From IMG/VR virus record IMGVR_UViG_3300043081_000027: a stretch of DNA of 64,000 nucleotides; one strand, 5' to 3'. Positions 1 to 14,521 of this stretch are shown one piece after another (position 1 is the first letter of the stretch; every line of letters begins with the position of its first letter). This stretch comes from a virus. Below the pieces are notes generated by a model, which was given only the letters and a program-made list of their open reading frames with translations, was not told the DNA's origin and made no database searches. The position numbers and the translations under genes are program-made.

Positions 1-2718
1 ATGGCTACAGCAAATACAAGAATAAATAAAAAGAATGGTGCCGTTGTAGAAATTAAAGCAGGAAAACCATTTGTAATTGTTTCTGATGATACCAATTCTT
101 ATAATAATCAATTTACAACCCCTTAGTAGTGGATGGAAGCTTTGTATGATGAGAATGCAACTCATGTAACTGCTGTATACATTGAACCACCTTCTACGGA
201 CTTTGGTGGTTATATGCAATATCTTGTATAGTACTATGGCAATACAGCAACTACATCGGATCGTATTGGTACAGCTTCAACGTCTTATAGAATATTAAGA
301 GAATTAATTAAATCTACAGAAGGTAAGAAGTTTTTACGAGAGCGTTTTGAAAAATTGTACCAATATAAACAACCTACACAAGTTGATGAAGGCTTGGCAT
401 CTTTAGAAAAAGTTTTAGACCAGTTGGATAGCTTAGAGGGTAAAGTTACTAGTAGCAATGAAAACGCTGTAGTTGATTTACTAAAGTCTAGAGTAGTTGA
501 TGAATACGCTACTAAAGAATCTAGACCTAATTATATTACTAATATAGTTCGCTTGTATCCTAATACTACAATAGGAAGTTCTATTGATAGAGTATTGCGA
601 TTTGTAGTTTAGGGTTATTATCCAATTAATAAGGTTCCCGCTGATTTAGCTTTTGAAAAATTAAGTTCGGCTAATGCCCAGAATAATATAAAAACTATTG
701 ATGATTTAATTAAATAGGGATCTACTTATCGTAGAGGTATATTTAGAAAAGTTAGTTATATACAGGCAAATACTGGCGTTCAGTATAAGGATTTCCGAGA
801 AACTACATTGCCTATTAACGAGGCTTGGTTTAACGCAAGAATTGATACTGGTGCATGGAGAACAGTAGGTGATAGAGCTGTAGAATATCAATCCTAGAAA
901 GATGCTATGTTACTTGGAGTAGGTAGAGCTAAAAAGATTGATTATACTGACCACGAAATGTATGTAAAAGAAGATATGAAATCATTAGCTGATCCACCTA
1001 AAGTAGTTAAAAAGCAAACTTCAATTTCTACAGTAGATTTATTTAAAAGTTTTGATATTAAAGGTAAGGATACAATAGAGTCTTTATCTAAAAAGAGTCG
1101 CACTTATTTATTATAGAAATACATTGATACTAATTTATCTGGAGCTGGTATAACAGTTAATAACATTACTGCGGATAAGATAGATCCTGCTAAATTTAAA
1201 ACTATGTTTGATACAGCTTTAAACAATAAAGAAATATCTTATGTAGAAAATGGAACTATCTTAATTACTCCAGAGGATTTAAAACCAAATATTTTACGCA
1301 CTAGTGAGACATTTAAAGGTTTCTTTGAAATTACTCCGGGTGTGTTGGGTTGTACTATAGAAGATTCTGCGGGTAATGAAACTAAATATAGCTTAGCCTT
1401 TAATATTGAAATTAAAAATAATAAACATTGTATAAAAGATATTGCGAGTACGCTTTATACCCCAACTACTAATCCACCATCAACAGGATTAAATTGGAAT
1501 AGTGTTGATGATGTTCGTTAGGCTATCATTACGAAATATGGTGCAAATACTAAGGTTACGAATGAGACAGCCACTTAGTTATATGCAAGATATACTGCGG
1601 CTACTAATAATAGCGTATTAACGATAGACGATATAATTAATTCTACAGATGTATTGTATCAAAATCCTGACGGGTCTTAGGTATTATCTTCATTAGCAGA
1701 CGTAGTCCATAGTATTGAAGATAATGCTACTGATGATTACAAAAATGTTATGGACTATCTTAGAGATCCTTCTGGTAAGCTTTTTGGTTATGAGATAGCT
1801 TCTACTGATATTGGTAAACCTCACAAGTACTATCAAATTAATAAATACGATGTTGATGCTTCTGGAAATCTAATATTAGATACTAGTGAAACCACGTTAT
1901 AGGATTTTTATAATGCTATAAATGAAGCATAGAATTTCCTCCAAACTAATCATATAACTAAGTATTCGGATACTGTTATTAGTCACATTACAGGTCTGGC
2001 TGCAAAAAATTTTCATACCTCTGGTTTTAACTATAAATCTGAACTTGCTTTAGCTGTAGATTCTAGTGGTGAAAAATACTTAATATCTAAGTAGGATATT
2101 GTAGACAAAATGAATATATCAGACTTTGGGTTTACTGAAGATAATTTTGCAGAACTCGATTTAGCTAATCATACTTATAAAGATGAGGATGGTAATGTTA
2201 AAACATTTAATGGTGATTGGGTATTCACTCCTACAGGTGATGGTTCTTATAAGTTAGAAAATAAAACTATTAGTACTACTAAGACATTTATTGGTTTGGA
2301 TGGTGTTGAGGTTGATCTTGAAAATTTAACTCCGGAAAATAGTATAATTTTAGATTCATTTGACTCATTTGGGGAGGGGTCTTAGCTCTCAGCGGACTTA
2401 CAATTTCTCGGAATAACCAAGGGCTCTGGGCCTATCGCATTTAGTAACGACTTACTAGAAAGTATAGTTGCATCTATTAACGCGGCTAAACTTATTGATG
2501 TAAGTGATTCTATAAACAATGAGTTGAAATCTAAATTAAATTAGACTAAGTCTAATTTTGATAAACTTGTTAATAGGGCTAAGGGATTAAGCCCCACAGA
2601 TACATCAATGATTGCGATTCAAAATAGAATGAAAGAGTATATAAACTATTACAATTTTTTGAATGCTCTATTATATAAATTAGGGATAAACCCAGATGAA
2701 GGGACAAGATGTAATTAA
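1..2718 (+). CDS. Large late-module protein (C-terminal >=905 codons; virion/cargo-like), translated with TAG as a sense codon; 5' end at or upstream of nt 1
   Basis: Frame 1 is open from nt 1 to TAA at 2716-2718 apart from about 15 in-frame TAG (e.g. 124-129, 229, 610, 715, 895, 1114, 1519, 2383); no in-frame TAA/TGA. Track fragments 355..612, 907..1116, 1204..1521 and 2110..2385 are all in this frame. Confidence 0.6.
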
Positions 2719-2754
2719 CACTCTTTTACTAACATATTAAATTTTAAGTGATTT

Positions 2755-5700
2755 ATGGCATGTTCACTAGACATAAATGAAAAAGTTGATGCTTTTATAG
2801 AGATTTTAGAAAAATCAGAAGAGCCTGTAAAAAATGTACAGGCTCTTCTGACTACGTTTATTTAGAAAACATTTAGGACGGAAGAACTTAATCCTATTAA
2901 AGATGAAGTTATTAGGGAGTTTAATTTAAGTAAAAGATCGGATCAAATATCAGATTATAGAGATTTATTTGGTAATGATGCAGTAGCAAATGCTATGGAC
3001 TCTGTAAATGAGGAAATGGTTAATATTATTGTAGGAAAATATTTAAATCCAGAAGCCTATACTTAGGAAGATGATATTAAATCAAAAACAGATGAACTAG
3101 AGCATAGTTCAGAAAAGAAAGCTATCTTAAAAAATTCTAGTACATTTATCGATGATACTTATGGCGGACAATCATTAGCTAAAATGGATATGATGCAAAA
3201 GTTCCAATCTTTAATTGGAAATAGTACAATGTTCATGAAAGATTCTAATGGTGATGTCATAGAAATTGCTACTGGTAAATAGTTAAGCTAGAATTTATAT
3301 CGTTTACAACAAGAATTATATTCTGATATTATAAGAGATTTAAAAGAACTTCGAAAGGTAGATTTACCTGAAAATGTTTTTGATGGGTTTGAGTAGGTAA
3401 AAGCCATTATGGATCAATACTATAATTGGAATCCTACCATCATTAATAATTCTAGAAGCCGTAACACCGCTCTCTTCCAAAAAAGCTATAGAACTTTTAA
3501 TAACTACTTTATATTAAGTCATTTTGATCAACTTCTACAATCTCAATGTCCTGGACTTGTAGATATAGACCAAAGATATTTTGGATAGCTTCGACAAATA
3601 GCTGATGGTAAATATTTTGCCCATAATAAGAATGAAAATTTGGGAACTAGTTGGGGAGATGATACAGAATTATCTGATGGTGTTGGGGAGTTAAATCAAA
3701 GTATGAAAACCTTCTTAGGTAATCTTTGGTTATTTAGTAAGGATGGTACTAAAACTCGTTTACTCAAAGTACAAGAAATTGCAGATGCTTGGTGTGATTT
3801 AAAGAATCTTGTATTTCACCCAGAACTAAGATAGCTGGATGTTAATGGTAAAATAGTATGGGGATTTGCCAATACAACAGATGGTAGAAAGTTTATTAAA
3901 GAATATCTTACCGATTCTGCTGGAAACGTACTTACAGTACATGACTTAGTAACTGATATGGTAGATGATCCTACTAAATTAGACATGTTGCTTAAACTAG
4001 CTACATCTGATGTATTTGCAAAAAGAATGCAATTACCCATTACTAAACAGTTAATATATAAGTCTATGTACGCTTAGATGTGTGATATTAACTTAGGCGC
4101 TGGAATATATCCTTAGAAACTTGACCTAGATGGTAATGTCTATCAAGCATTTCATAATAGCAAGGGACGAAATATAATTACAATCAATGATAAAACTCCC
4201 GGATACTATAACCATCTACGTCAATTTTTAGATAATATTGAACGTATGAATATGAACCAATTACGTATGAAAGATACAGGTGAGTATGAAAATGTTCGAT
4301 TAAGTTAGGGAGCTAAAGACGCAAACACATTATAGTATATAGGTAATATAGCTGCTACATATTCTGCATTATTAGGAAGTAAGCATGGTTTATACAGTAA
4401 TGCAGAATCTGATTATTCTAATGAAATTAAATTAGGAACTATAACGATTGATCGTTCGGGATTATCACTGGAGAAACGTAGTGATAAGTATATTACCTTC
4501 ACAGATGGTAAAGTTACTTTTAAAGTTGGAAGTAACTTAAAGGTTTCTATTAAATAGAAAAATGGTAACTTTACTAACTTTTCAGATTAGTCAACTTTAG
4601 CTGATGCCCAATGGGACGTAATTAAAGAAATACTACAAATACAGGACTATCCTAAAGAAGCTTTTATAAACCAAAGCGCTTCTAATCTTATCACTGCAGA
4701 AACTTTGATAAGTCTTGCTGGAAATGTTATGTATAATTATGGAGTATCCAGTATATTACAAAATCGTAATGATCTTGATGATTTTAATATTGATGAGGAA
4801 GTAAAAGGATATTTTACTACTGAGGGTACTTATAAGTTAACTAAGGATAAGCAAGAATTACAACCATTTAATCCTAAAAATAATACCAAAATTAATAATC
4901 TAATGGATACCATTGACTAGCTCAATGGTAAGATTAGAGATGCTGTTACAAAAGGAGCTGATGGTAAGATGATTAATACTATTACTACATCATAGTTGGC
5001 TTCTAAAGCTACACAACAATGGCATCGTGATGCTAAACAATTGGGAGATGATTATGCTTGTAAAGATTTCTCTTTACATGATATATATAAAGGATTTGAA
5101 ATAGCTCGTGATGTAAAACAAAACCTTGATAGTAAGAAAGTAATTGAATTTAGTCCTGCTGAAAACTTTGCTTTTGGTTTTATTTCTGATTATGCAACTC
5201 CTATGAATGATACGGATAAAACTATTAGAGTCCTACCATTAATTATTTCAGATAAGGAGCGCATTCTTAAAATAAAACTAGATCTAAATAAAAAAGTTTA
5301 GTTTAAGAACTCTAAAGGATAGTCTGTAGAAGAACAACTTTGCAACCTAACTTAGGAAGATTTGTACGACTACATTAAATAGCAACTAGGAGGTTTTTAT
5401 GAGCATTAGTATAATCAAATAAAAGGGCGTTACGATAGATTAAAAAATTATGTCACCAATCCAGATGGTACTATTAATTTAGCACAATCTCAAACCTTTG
5501 CAAGTCAAACTGAAAATTAGGATTTAAGAGAAATGCTCATAATGTTAGATGGTAATGATACATCTGGTGTAAATTATAATACTCTATTTACTGAAAATGG
5601 TATTCTTAATTTTAAAGGAATTAATCAATTAATAGACTAGTTTATTTCAGACCACTCTGATGAAGCTCAAAATTTTGATATAGACGAAGAGGCTGTAAAG

Positions 5701-8700
5701 TTAGCAAGAAAATATGATTTAAATTATCCCACTACTTAGCTATTACTTAAAGGGGTTATTAATGAAATTAAATTAGAGGATGATACGACTTTAGAAAGAC
5801 AAAAGATTATAGACAAAATAATCAAAAGTCGTAATGATGATTTATAGGATCGAGCCATTGAAGCTGCTAAAAATCTAATTAAAGAATTACAATTAAGAGC
5901 GCAACTTAAAGGTGATTCAATTGATATTGTGGAAAATTCATTCTATAATATTGATAAAGGTCACTTTGTTCCTAATTATGGTTTAGTTGATCAACTATAC
6001 CGTTGGGGTAAAATTGATTAGGTTGCGGCAGAAAGTATGTTACCTACTGGATTACTGGCAACTTCACATAGTTATGGTGCAGAAGCTGGTAAAGAGCATT
6101 TGAAATTCTTTAAAGCTAAATCATTCCAAGTTGTATCTGATATACTTCAAGAAAATGGATATATCAACTTATTTGCACCTGATGGCAAAAGAATTCCTGG
6201 AGCATTACGTAAGTTAGGAAACAAGGAAATTGCGGGGACATTAGATGCGAAAAACGGTTTAGGAAAATGGTCACAAGGTGGAAAACTAGCTTTAGCAGCT
6301 ATTCGTTATAGAGAACTTTATGAAGGTGGTATTAAAGAGAAAGCACAACAAATTACAGACCTTAATCAATTAAGTGATATAGGACTTGTTTAGCAAGCTT
6401 TTAAATTTATTAAGTATCTTAATTCTTATAAGTACGGTGTTGTAACGGGACTTACGATAGACGAAGCGGCAAAAAGTATTAGTGATAACTATTCTACTAT
6501 GCGGGAATGCTATAGTTTAGATGATTATTTACGTAATCCTAAATTTAGTTTACTGACTTTAGAGAATGCTATTAATGACTACTTTAAATGGTAGGATATT
6601 GAACGTGGTATAGCTAATTACAATTCTGATAATGGGAATGTAGATATGTATGCTGAGGTTCGCAAAAATGTTTTCGAGAACGATAAAATAGAAATCGAGA
6701 AACAGTACAATAAGCGAATTGAGGATAGCAATACTAAATATGATAGTAATATTGCCAGCATAGATGAACAAATGGGGCTTATTACTAGTGTTGAAGAGTC
6801 TGAACGATCCGATGCTGAAAAAGAACGTCTTGTCGATTTAATTGCGGAAAAAGAGCAGTTAAAAGAAGCTAAAGCCGAAGCCGAAAAGAAATTAAAAGAA
6901 TCACTTAAAGAAACAATTACTAAAGTAACTGACCGTTATAACAAAGTATTAGAGCAAGTTCCTGCTTACATAAAAGCTGTTTAGGCAAATCCTAATTTTG
7001 CCCATACCGCTGAAATAGTAATTAATCCTGATTTGGAAAAGTATAATGCTTTTAGTTTTCTGTATGGTCAAGAATATACTATAGCTACAGTAGGAACGCA
7101 CTTAAACCATCCTGGTATGAAAAATAAGGATGATTTAAAAGCTTTTGAAAGTCTTTCTTGGGCACAGCAAGTAAAACGTAATGTATCTTTAACCGCTGCT
7201 AAACATTTATATTCTTTAAACTCTTTAAATGGTTTTGGAACTTATTGTAAAATTGCACAGATAGTTTCTGAATCTGATGCAGTTTATAATCTTACAGGAG
7301 CATAGGATGAAATGCTTAATGATGATGGTGCTAACTACACTAATGGTGTTACTCACCGTCTTGAAAATTATTCATTAGGTAGTGACGCTGTAGGAGTTGA
7401 TAAAAAGAACTTTTTCCACATGGAAGATGGTGCTTCTGGTACTGGATTTATTGGCAAGAATGCAACTTTCGTAGGTACGAATTTACGTATCAGAAACTCT
7501 AAGGCCTATAGATTATAGAATTTCCAAATGCTTCGAGGAGCTGTAGGTTACTTAAATCCTTACTTAACTAATGGTGGTTTAAATATTACAGAAAGCTTTG
7601 AAACTTATTACGATAGTAATACTAGAAAGTGGGAGTTCTCTAAAATGAACTACGAGGACTTTGATTATAAAATTCCCACGTCTTATAAGCCACATATTTA
7701 GTATGAAGTTTAGCTTGAGGATGGTTCTTGGACTGCAGCTAATGGGCTATTACAAGGTTATAATGTTCGTGTAATAGGAGATTCTATTAAATTTAAGGAT
7801 GGTTATACAACTTTTAAATTCTCTAATGTATCTTAGATTGATTCTACTGGAGAGGTTAAATCATTGCCTAATGCGGCAAGCTTTAATTTTAGAGTTAAAT
7901 TGGATAATGTACACGATATTTGGGAATTTTTTGGTGGTGCTTATTCTGGAAAAGCTAAAGAACAGGTTATAAATGGAGATTTGATATTAACAATGGATGA
8001 AAATAGTTATGATGAATCTTCATTTGATTTAACTACATGGGTTGTAAATAATGTAGGAAAACGAAGAGAAGGTGTTGGTATGGATGTTAAAGTAGAATCA
8101 CAAACGCAAGTAGACCAATACTTAAAAGATTCTATGATACATTATTTATCTTCCATTGAAACTATTAAATAGGGTTAGAATAAAATCAATAAGCGTTCTG
8201 ATATACGAAATGAAAACTATATTCCATTATTTATGGAAATGGATATGCACGATGCAGGAGTGCAATTAAATGCAGAACACCATTCCGATGATTCAGTTCT
8301 TTCCATGATGACTTAGGTTTTAAATGCCTTAGGAGCTAGAGGTTATACTTCTTAGGAAGCAGATAAAACTTATCAAGCTTTGCAAGGTCTTACTAATGCT
8401 GCATTGTAGGAATACATTGATTATTCAAGAGCTGGTGATTCGCCACAAAAACGTCAACACTTAGAGAATTTCATAGCACATATAATTGGTGATACTATTC
8501 AAGCTAATAGTACTTTAGATGAAGGTACTTTAGCTGGTGCTTTAATGCACCAAGCATAGAAGTTATTAAGTCGTAATAAGAACTTTAAATTTGAAGAAGT
8601 TCGTTAGTACTTACCTATTGATGATCCAGCCTTACTTAGAAATATGATTTCTAAATTAGCTTCTGGGTTAACAAAAAGATGTATTCGTGTTAAATTCCCA

Positions 8701-11700
8701 GGGTCTATGGATGTCATGTCCCCGTCAAACTCTATCTATAGATTATATGACGGTAAAATGTTATCCGAGTATAATGGAGATTTAACAGCTTTAACAGAAG
8801 CTGATAAAAAGGCTCCTATATTAAAACCCCATGAAATAAAAATAGACAGAGTATATCATATAGAAGGTTGTCCCGGAGCTGATAGTAGAGGTTATATAAA
8901 AATTAATTACCCTACCGATTACTGGCAAGTTCGTCGTTTCCTAGCAACTGCGGAAGGGCAAAAAGTAGAAGTCAGAGAAGTTCTTTCAGAAGGAAGAGAG
9001 CTTGCTTCGTTTGGTATAACTTTTGAAGCTATTGACGAAAATGGTCATAGGAATACTTATAATATGTGGGATTTAGCTACAGCTCGAGATATGTTTATTA
9101 AAGACAAGCTCGAATTGGAGAATGGAAATTCCGATTATAAGTAGAATCATGCACAAAGAATGCAAGATTTGCAAAATGCTTTATTTGCTTTAAGTGATAA
9201 TCCAAATGTTAAAACCACTTAGGTTATTGATTATGATGCTAATGGTAATGTAATCTATAAAACAGTACGTATTGCAAAGGAAACTGTTAAGAAACAACCT
9301 TATGAAATTATTATGTCTCAGCTTTATAAAACTACTTTTGGTTTAAGGGCTGGGGATTCTATAGGAAATATTATTAATGATAAGTTATTCTTCTTTAAGA
9401 GAGCTGTTGAGAATTGGGAGAATGATAAGAACAGACTTCCAGAAGAAGCTTATGATGTGCAACTAAAACAAATTAGTGGTAAGCACATTAATTTACTATA
9501 TGATACAGAGTCTAATAATCCTGATGGTTTTGAGGAGTTACAATTTGATCCTTATATTGATTAGCAAGGTACTATATGGCTTACTAACAATAAAGGTGAT
9601 AAAATAATGAAATTGTCTTCTAAAGATGATGTAGTTCTAAGTAATGGTTCTGGTGATATTATTATTAAAACCAAAGATTTAAAATGGTATTGTGATAATA
9701 GTAAATATGTAGACTTAACTATATCTTCTGGGCGTGATGAAAATACTCTACAAGAAATACTTGGTATATTAAGAGAATCTGATAGTAAGCAATTAAAGAG
9801 CCTGTTTAACCGTCTTGATACTTTATGGGAGTCAAGAGATAGGAAAGAAGCTTTTGAAGACAAAACTCCAGAAGAGCAAGCAGAAGAAAGGGCTAAATTT
9901 GACCATAAGTTTATATCTGTAGGACGTTATAATTTTGAAAGCACTAAAAAAGCTTTACATAACTTTTTAAATAATCGTTATATAGATGATGAAATAAAGT
10001 ATGAATTATTGGATTATGCTCTTAATAGTGATAAGGATACTTTTAATGAGGATAAGTTACGTGAAGATGTTGAATCTTACGGATTACGTGACAGTATTGC
10101 AGACCAACTTATTAAAATGCGTAAAGGTCATATAGGTTCTATCTTTAGAAATTCTAAATATATAGGAACATCTTTCCAAAAATCTTTGGAAGTACTTGCA
10201 GCTCGTATTCCCGCACAATGTATGCAATCCTTTATGTCTATGAAGGTTGCTGGATTTGATACTAGTGGTTTGAATACAGCTTATGTAAGCCGTTTCTAGA
10301 CTTGGTTACAAGGTTCTGACTACGATATAGACAAGGTTTCATTGCTTGGATTTAAATTTAGAAATGGGCACTTCATTACGTGGTCAAATTTCATGGATTT
10401 AACTTCTACAGCAACTCTTAAAGCTTCTGAAGAACTTTCTTATCCTACTAACCTAGCTGCAGAGGTTCTTGAAAATGATGCTATTAATAAAACAAGCCTA
10501 AATGAGGATGCTCTTGAAAATGTTAGACTTGATACTAGTATTGATAAAGAAAACCGAGAAGGGGTTAGAACTTTATATGTTCAAGTAGGAGCAGAAGAAG
10601 TACCTTTATTAGAAGTACGTGATGCCTTTAAATAGAATAAAATTAAAGAGTTTACTGATACTTATAATGATATTAAATCTGAATATGACGATATAAGTAT
10701 AGAGAAGGGTGATGCAGAAGCAAAAACTTACTTAAAAAGTAAATATAAAGAAGTACTTGGTTAGGAAGCAGGTCGAAAATAGGTTAAAACTCTACTTAAA
10801 GAGTTAGAAGACCATTATAAGTTCGTAGGGCAAAAGGAATAGGTAAAAGAAAATAAAAAAGCTGGAATTTTCACAATAAATCCTATAGCAGATGCTGAAA
10901 CTCTTGCTAATTACGAAACTCAAATTCAAAGAGTTGTTTATGGAGTTATCCCAACTGGTGGTGTAGTATCTATAAATGGTGCTGATAGTACAGTTATTAA
11001 TGATATGTTAGTAAAGTATGGCTTTTCTCTTAACCAAAACGTACTAACATAGACTGGTGAGAATGTTTCTGTAGCTAAAGACTTCTATGATTATATTACA
11101 CGTGAGGATTAGATTGCAGGAATTCCTGTCAGTGAGAATTTGGATTCTAGAATTATTATTAAAAATGAATCTGGTTACACCCTTAACTACTATCCTGGAG
11201 AATTTGCGGATGAGAAAGTACAAGTTGCTAAAATTAAAGCCCTTGCTAAATTTATTGATGCTGTAAATAAATTTGGTGGTATTCCTAAACTATCTATTAC
11301 GGAAGATTTAGACGAAGAAACTAAAGAAGCTTATGAGGAACATAATAATGCTTTATAGCAATTGATGGATGAAATCAATGAGCATAACTTGTATTTAAAA
11401 GATGGCAAAGACTATAGTCAAGATGCTCTTTTAAACTTCGTATCTTCTAATATGTATAATGTGGGCACAAACCCTAGTAACCTTATCTAGGGTACACAAT
11501 CCGTAGATGCTAAAGATGGTTCTGTAAATAGAATTAAAAAATTAGCTAACGAGGGCGACTACAAAACTAAGCTTAAACGCTATGATCCAGGTTCTATTAC
11601 TAGCTTATGGAATATGGAAGCTTTAACTATTGGTGGTAAAAAGAATACTGGTATTGTTGCTGCCAATCTAAAAGTATTTGAAGGATTAACTCAATATACT

Positions 11701-14520
11701 AACATGCTTCTTAATGAGGGTACTCATGAAGAGTTACAAGACTTGCTTGCACATCGTAATATTGCTGGAAAGGATATTCATTTACTTGCAAATGTTTACC
11801 AGCAGAATAAACATAATTTCACTACTCGTGAAATTTAGGAAGCTCTTGATGCTGTTGACCAAACTCTCGATGCTTACTTGGAATATTCTGGATTCTTGTC
11901 ATTGTCTACCGACAATGCTAAAGACCCTACACTTGCCAAAATTAACGCTGGTGAGAAATTATTAGGTTTATACTTATGTGGTGTAGCAGTAGGTATTGAT
12001 GTTCCCAGCTTAGTTAAAATATTAACATCTAAAGCAGCCGCAGAATCTGTAAAATTATTAACTAGTAATATGTTTAATAATGCACAAGGATTCTTTGATG
12101 TTAATGCTTTAGATCGGTATCTAGCATCTGGCCCAATTTAGGTGGTAGATGAGTTTAATGTTAGTATGCTTAACTAGCCAGTTCTTAAAGCATGGATAAT
12201 AAGTGTTTGGAATAGAGAACACAAAAAGGCAGATTCCCAATTAAGTGCTAGTAGTAAAATAGGTAGAAAACACCTTTCTCATGCCATACAAAAGGATGGA
12301 TGGCAAAAGTTTAATGACGCTTTAGTAGATTCTCTTAAAAATATTACAAAGGAAGTACATAAAGGTGATGATGCTTTAGAGGTAGCTGAATAGTTAGAAA
12401 ATGGTAATCAAAATAATGATTCATCAGAAGTAAAGGAAGAGAGTGCAACTACTGAAAAAGCAAAAGAGAATCTTTGGGCTGTTTACAATCTTCTGAAAAA
12501 GGTTCAAACTTAGGTAAGAGATTTTGCTAAATCCTAGGAAACTATTAAAGATTGTTGGGTATAGTTACCTAATGGTAGATGGGTTCAAGCTTGGAGTCAA
12601 ATTAGACGTTTAAATTAGGTAGCAAATGAATTTAAAAGATTCTCTCAAGTAGCTAAATTAAATTAGCAACTTCCTAATGCTATGGATGAGCAACTTGCTT
12701 GGATTCGTAAATTTGAAAAAGGTATTGCATCACGAATTTCTGAAATAAGTAAGTAGGAGTTGGACAATCACCCCGAAATGTAGCAAGCTATAGACGAATT
12801 AGAATAGCTAAATAAAGAGTTATATGCTTAGATGATGCAATAGGGAATACTTTCAGGAGAATAGTTTGACCGTTTGAAATATTCCGTAAGTTTGAGTAAA
12901 TTTGTAAATGATGCAGAATACCAAAAAAAGATATGTAGTATCTATGGTAAGTTAAAGTATGTTGTAAATGTTTATGATGCAATGGCTAAACTTCCACATT
13001 ACTTAGGATATGCTAGAACTCTTGCAGCACTTAGTGAAACTATGGGAGAAACATCTAAAATATACCAAACTGTAAATTACATTTCTCAAAATGTTATAAA
13101 GAGTCTTGGTGATGAATAGCATCGTAAGAAAGAACTTACTCGTTTAATAGACTGGGTTAATGATTGTCTTACTAATGATTTCTTGTTAAATCGAGGAACT
13201 AATCTTACAATTAAGTCTGGATCTAAGTATTATGAAAAAAGTTATGGTCTTACTACTGGTATAGACCCTACTTTAAAAACAGTTGGTGAGGGTGCTACTT
13301 CCACCATACAATTAGGAACTTTGGAAGGCAATATGTCATTTAAATATATAATGGAAAATGAAGTATTGCCGGATTTAAAAGAGAAGTATCCTGCATTTGA
13401 TTTAATAAGAGACTTAAATCAAATTAAGTTTGATAAAACTAATGATAGAAATACATTAGTAAAAATGGCAACTAAGTCTACTATGCTTCCTAGATCTGAA
13501 CAAGAAATACAAACTTTAGCTAAGTACAAGGAAGATCTCATAACTTTATCTAATATTAGGTTATCTCAATTTAACGGAGAAATTAATTTAGTAGATGCTT
13601 TATTTGCTTACAATTTAATTGTAAATAAAGGTAAGGTATCTGGAAATTCTCTTACTAATTTGTTTGAGGATTATGCAATGAGTTAGGGTAAGTAGTAGAC
13701 TGATGGGTAGCCTTCTGCTTTTATAGAAGATTATTATAATTCAAGACGAGTTCCAAACGAAAGCTTACTTGAAGAATTAGCATTTTCTGATAACTAGGTA
13801 CAGAACTTCTTAATGGCTACAGCATAGTATGATCCTACTTATAAATCTAAAGCAGAGTATATCTACATACGAAATCCTTTTACTAGATAGTATGTACTAG
13901 CTCAGAAAATAAACAAAGAGGAGATTAGAGCGCAATACACTGATGAGGATTTAGGTGTAGAAGATTACGGAATTGATGATGTTGCCGAAGATTATATTAA
14001 TGAGGATTATTCTGATTATGATGACGATGATTACGAAGGTTCAGACTCATCAAATTATAAGAATCAGCGTGCTTGGGAGGCAGGAGTTGAAGTATAGGGT
14101 TATAAAATACTTGGAGTTTCTTCTACTGTGGACGCTTTTAATAATTTTGCAACAGCAATTTATGGAAAGTAGGAAGTCGAAAAAGTCTTTGATAATATAG
14201 AAATTAGTGAGGATGGTAAATAGATAAAATCTATTACTTATAAGTCTGGTGATGATCCAGACGCTCGCACTCTTACGTATGATGATTTATTTGAAGGTAC
14301 TTCGGATATAAGATCTGAAAGACGTAAAGCCTTAGAAAAGGAATTAGGAATCAAAGCAAAAGATACTCCAGAATCTAAGCTAGAAAAAGTACTTATTAAT
14401 TTTGGTTTAGTAACTAAAGATGCTGATGGTAACATACAACTAGTTTAGAATACTAATGCAAACCCTACAGTAACTTTAGGAGATGTTATAAAAATGATTA
14501 AAACAGGTAAACCATGCTAA
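2755..14520 (+). CDS. Giant virion-type RNA polymerase (about 3921 codons), TAG read as sense (probably Gln)
   Basis: ATG at 2755 in frame 1; every frame-1 track fragment from 3640 to 13686 and onward to TAA at 14518-14520 is in the same frame. In the stretches traced codon by codon (2755-4920, 12121-12900, 13681-14520) only TAG occurs in-frame. Contains the RNAP beta-prime-like DPBB catalytic signature AARIPAQCMQSF...QGSDYDIDKVS (nt about 10200-10335; compare beta-prime NRQPSLHRMSIQAF...NADFDGDQMAVH and the QDE-1/phi14:2 gp66-type DYDGD motif). Confidence 0.7.
10204..10335 (+). other. Catalytic double-psi beta-barrel motif of the giant RNAP (RIPAQCMQSF ... DYDID metal-binding aspartate triad)
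   Basis: Read directly from the frame-1 translation; DYDID is encoded at 10318-10332, just after an in-frame TAG at 10297-10299. Confidence 0.6.
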
Positions 14521-14521
14521 T

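Noticed and set aside
13973-14200. Frame-2 ORF suggesting a frame change within the giant gene
   Set aside because: Frame 1 stays open (TAG only) straight through to TAA at 14520; this ORF is an out-of-frame overlap. The same applies to 11714..11965 and 18581..18763.
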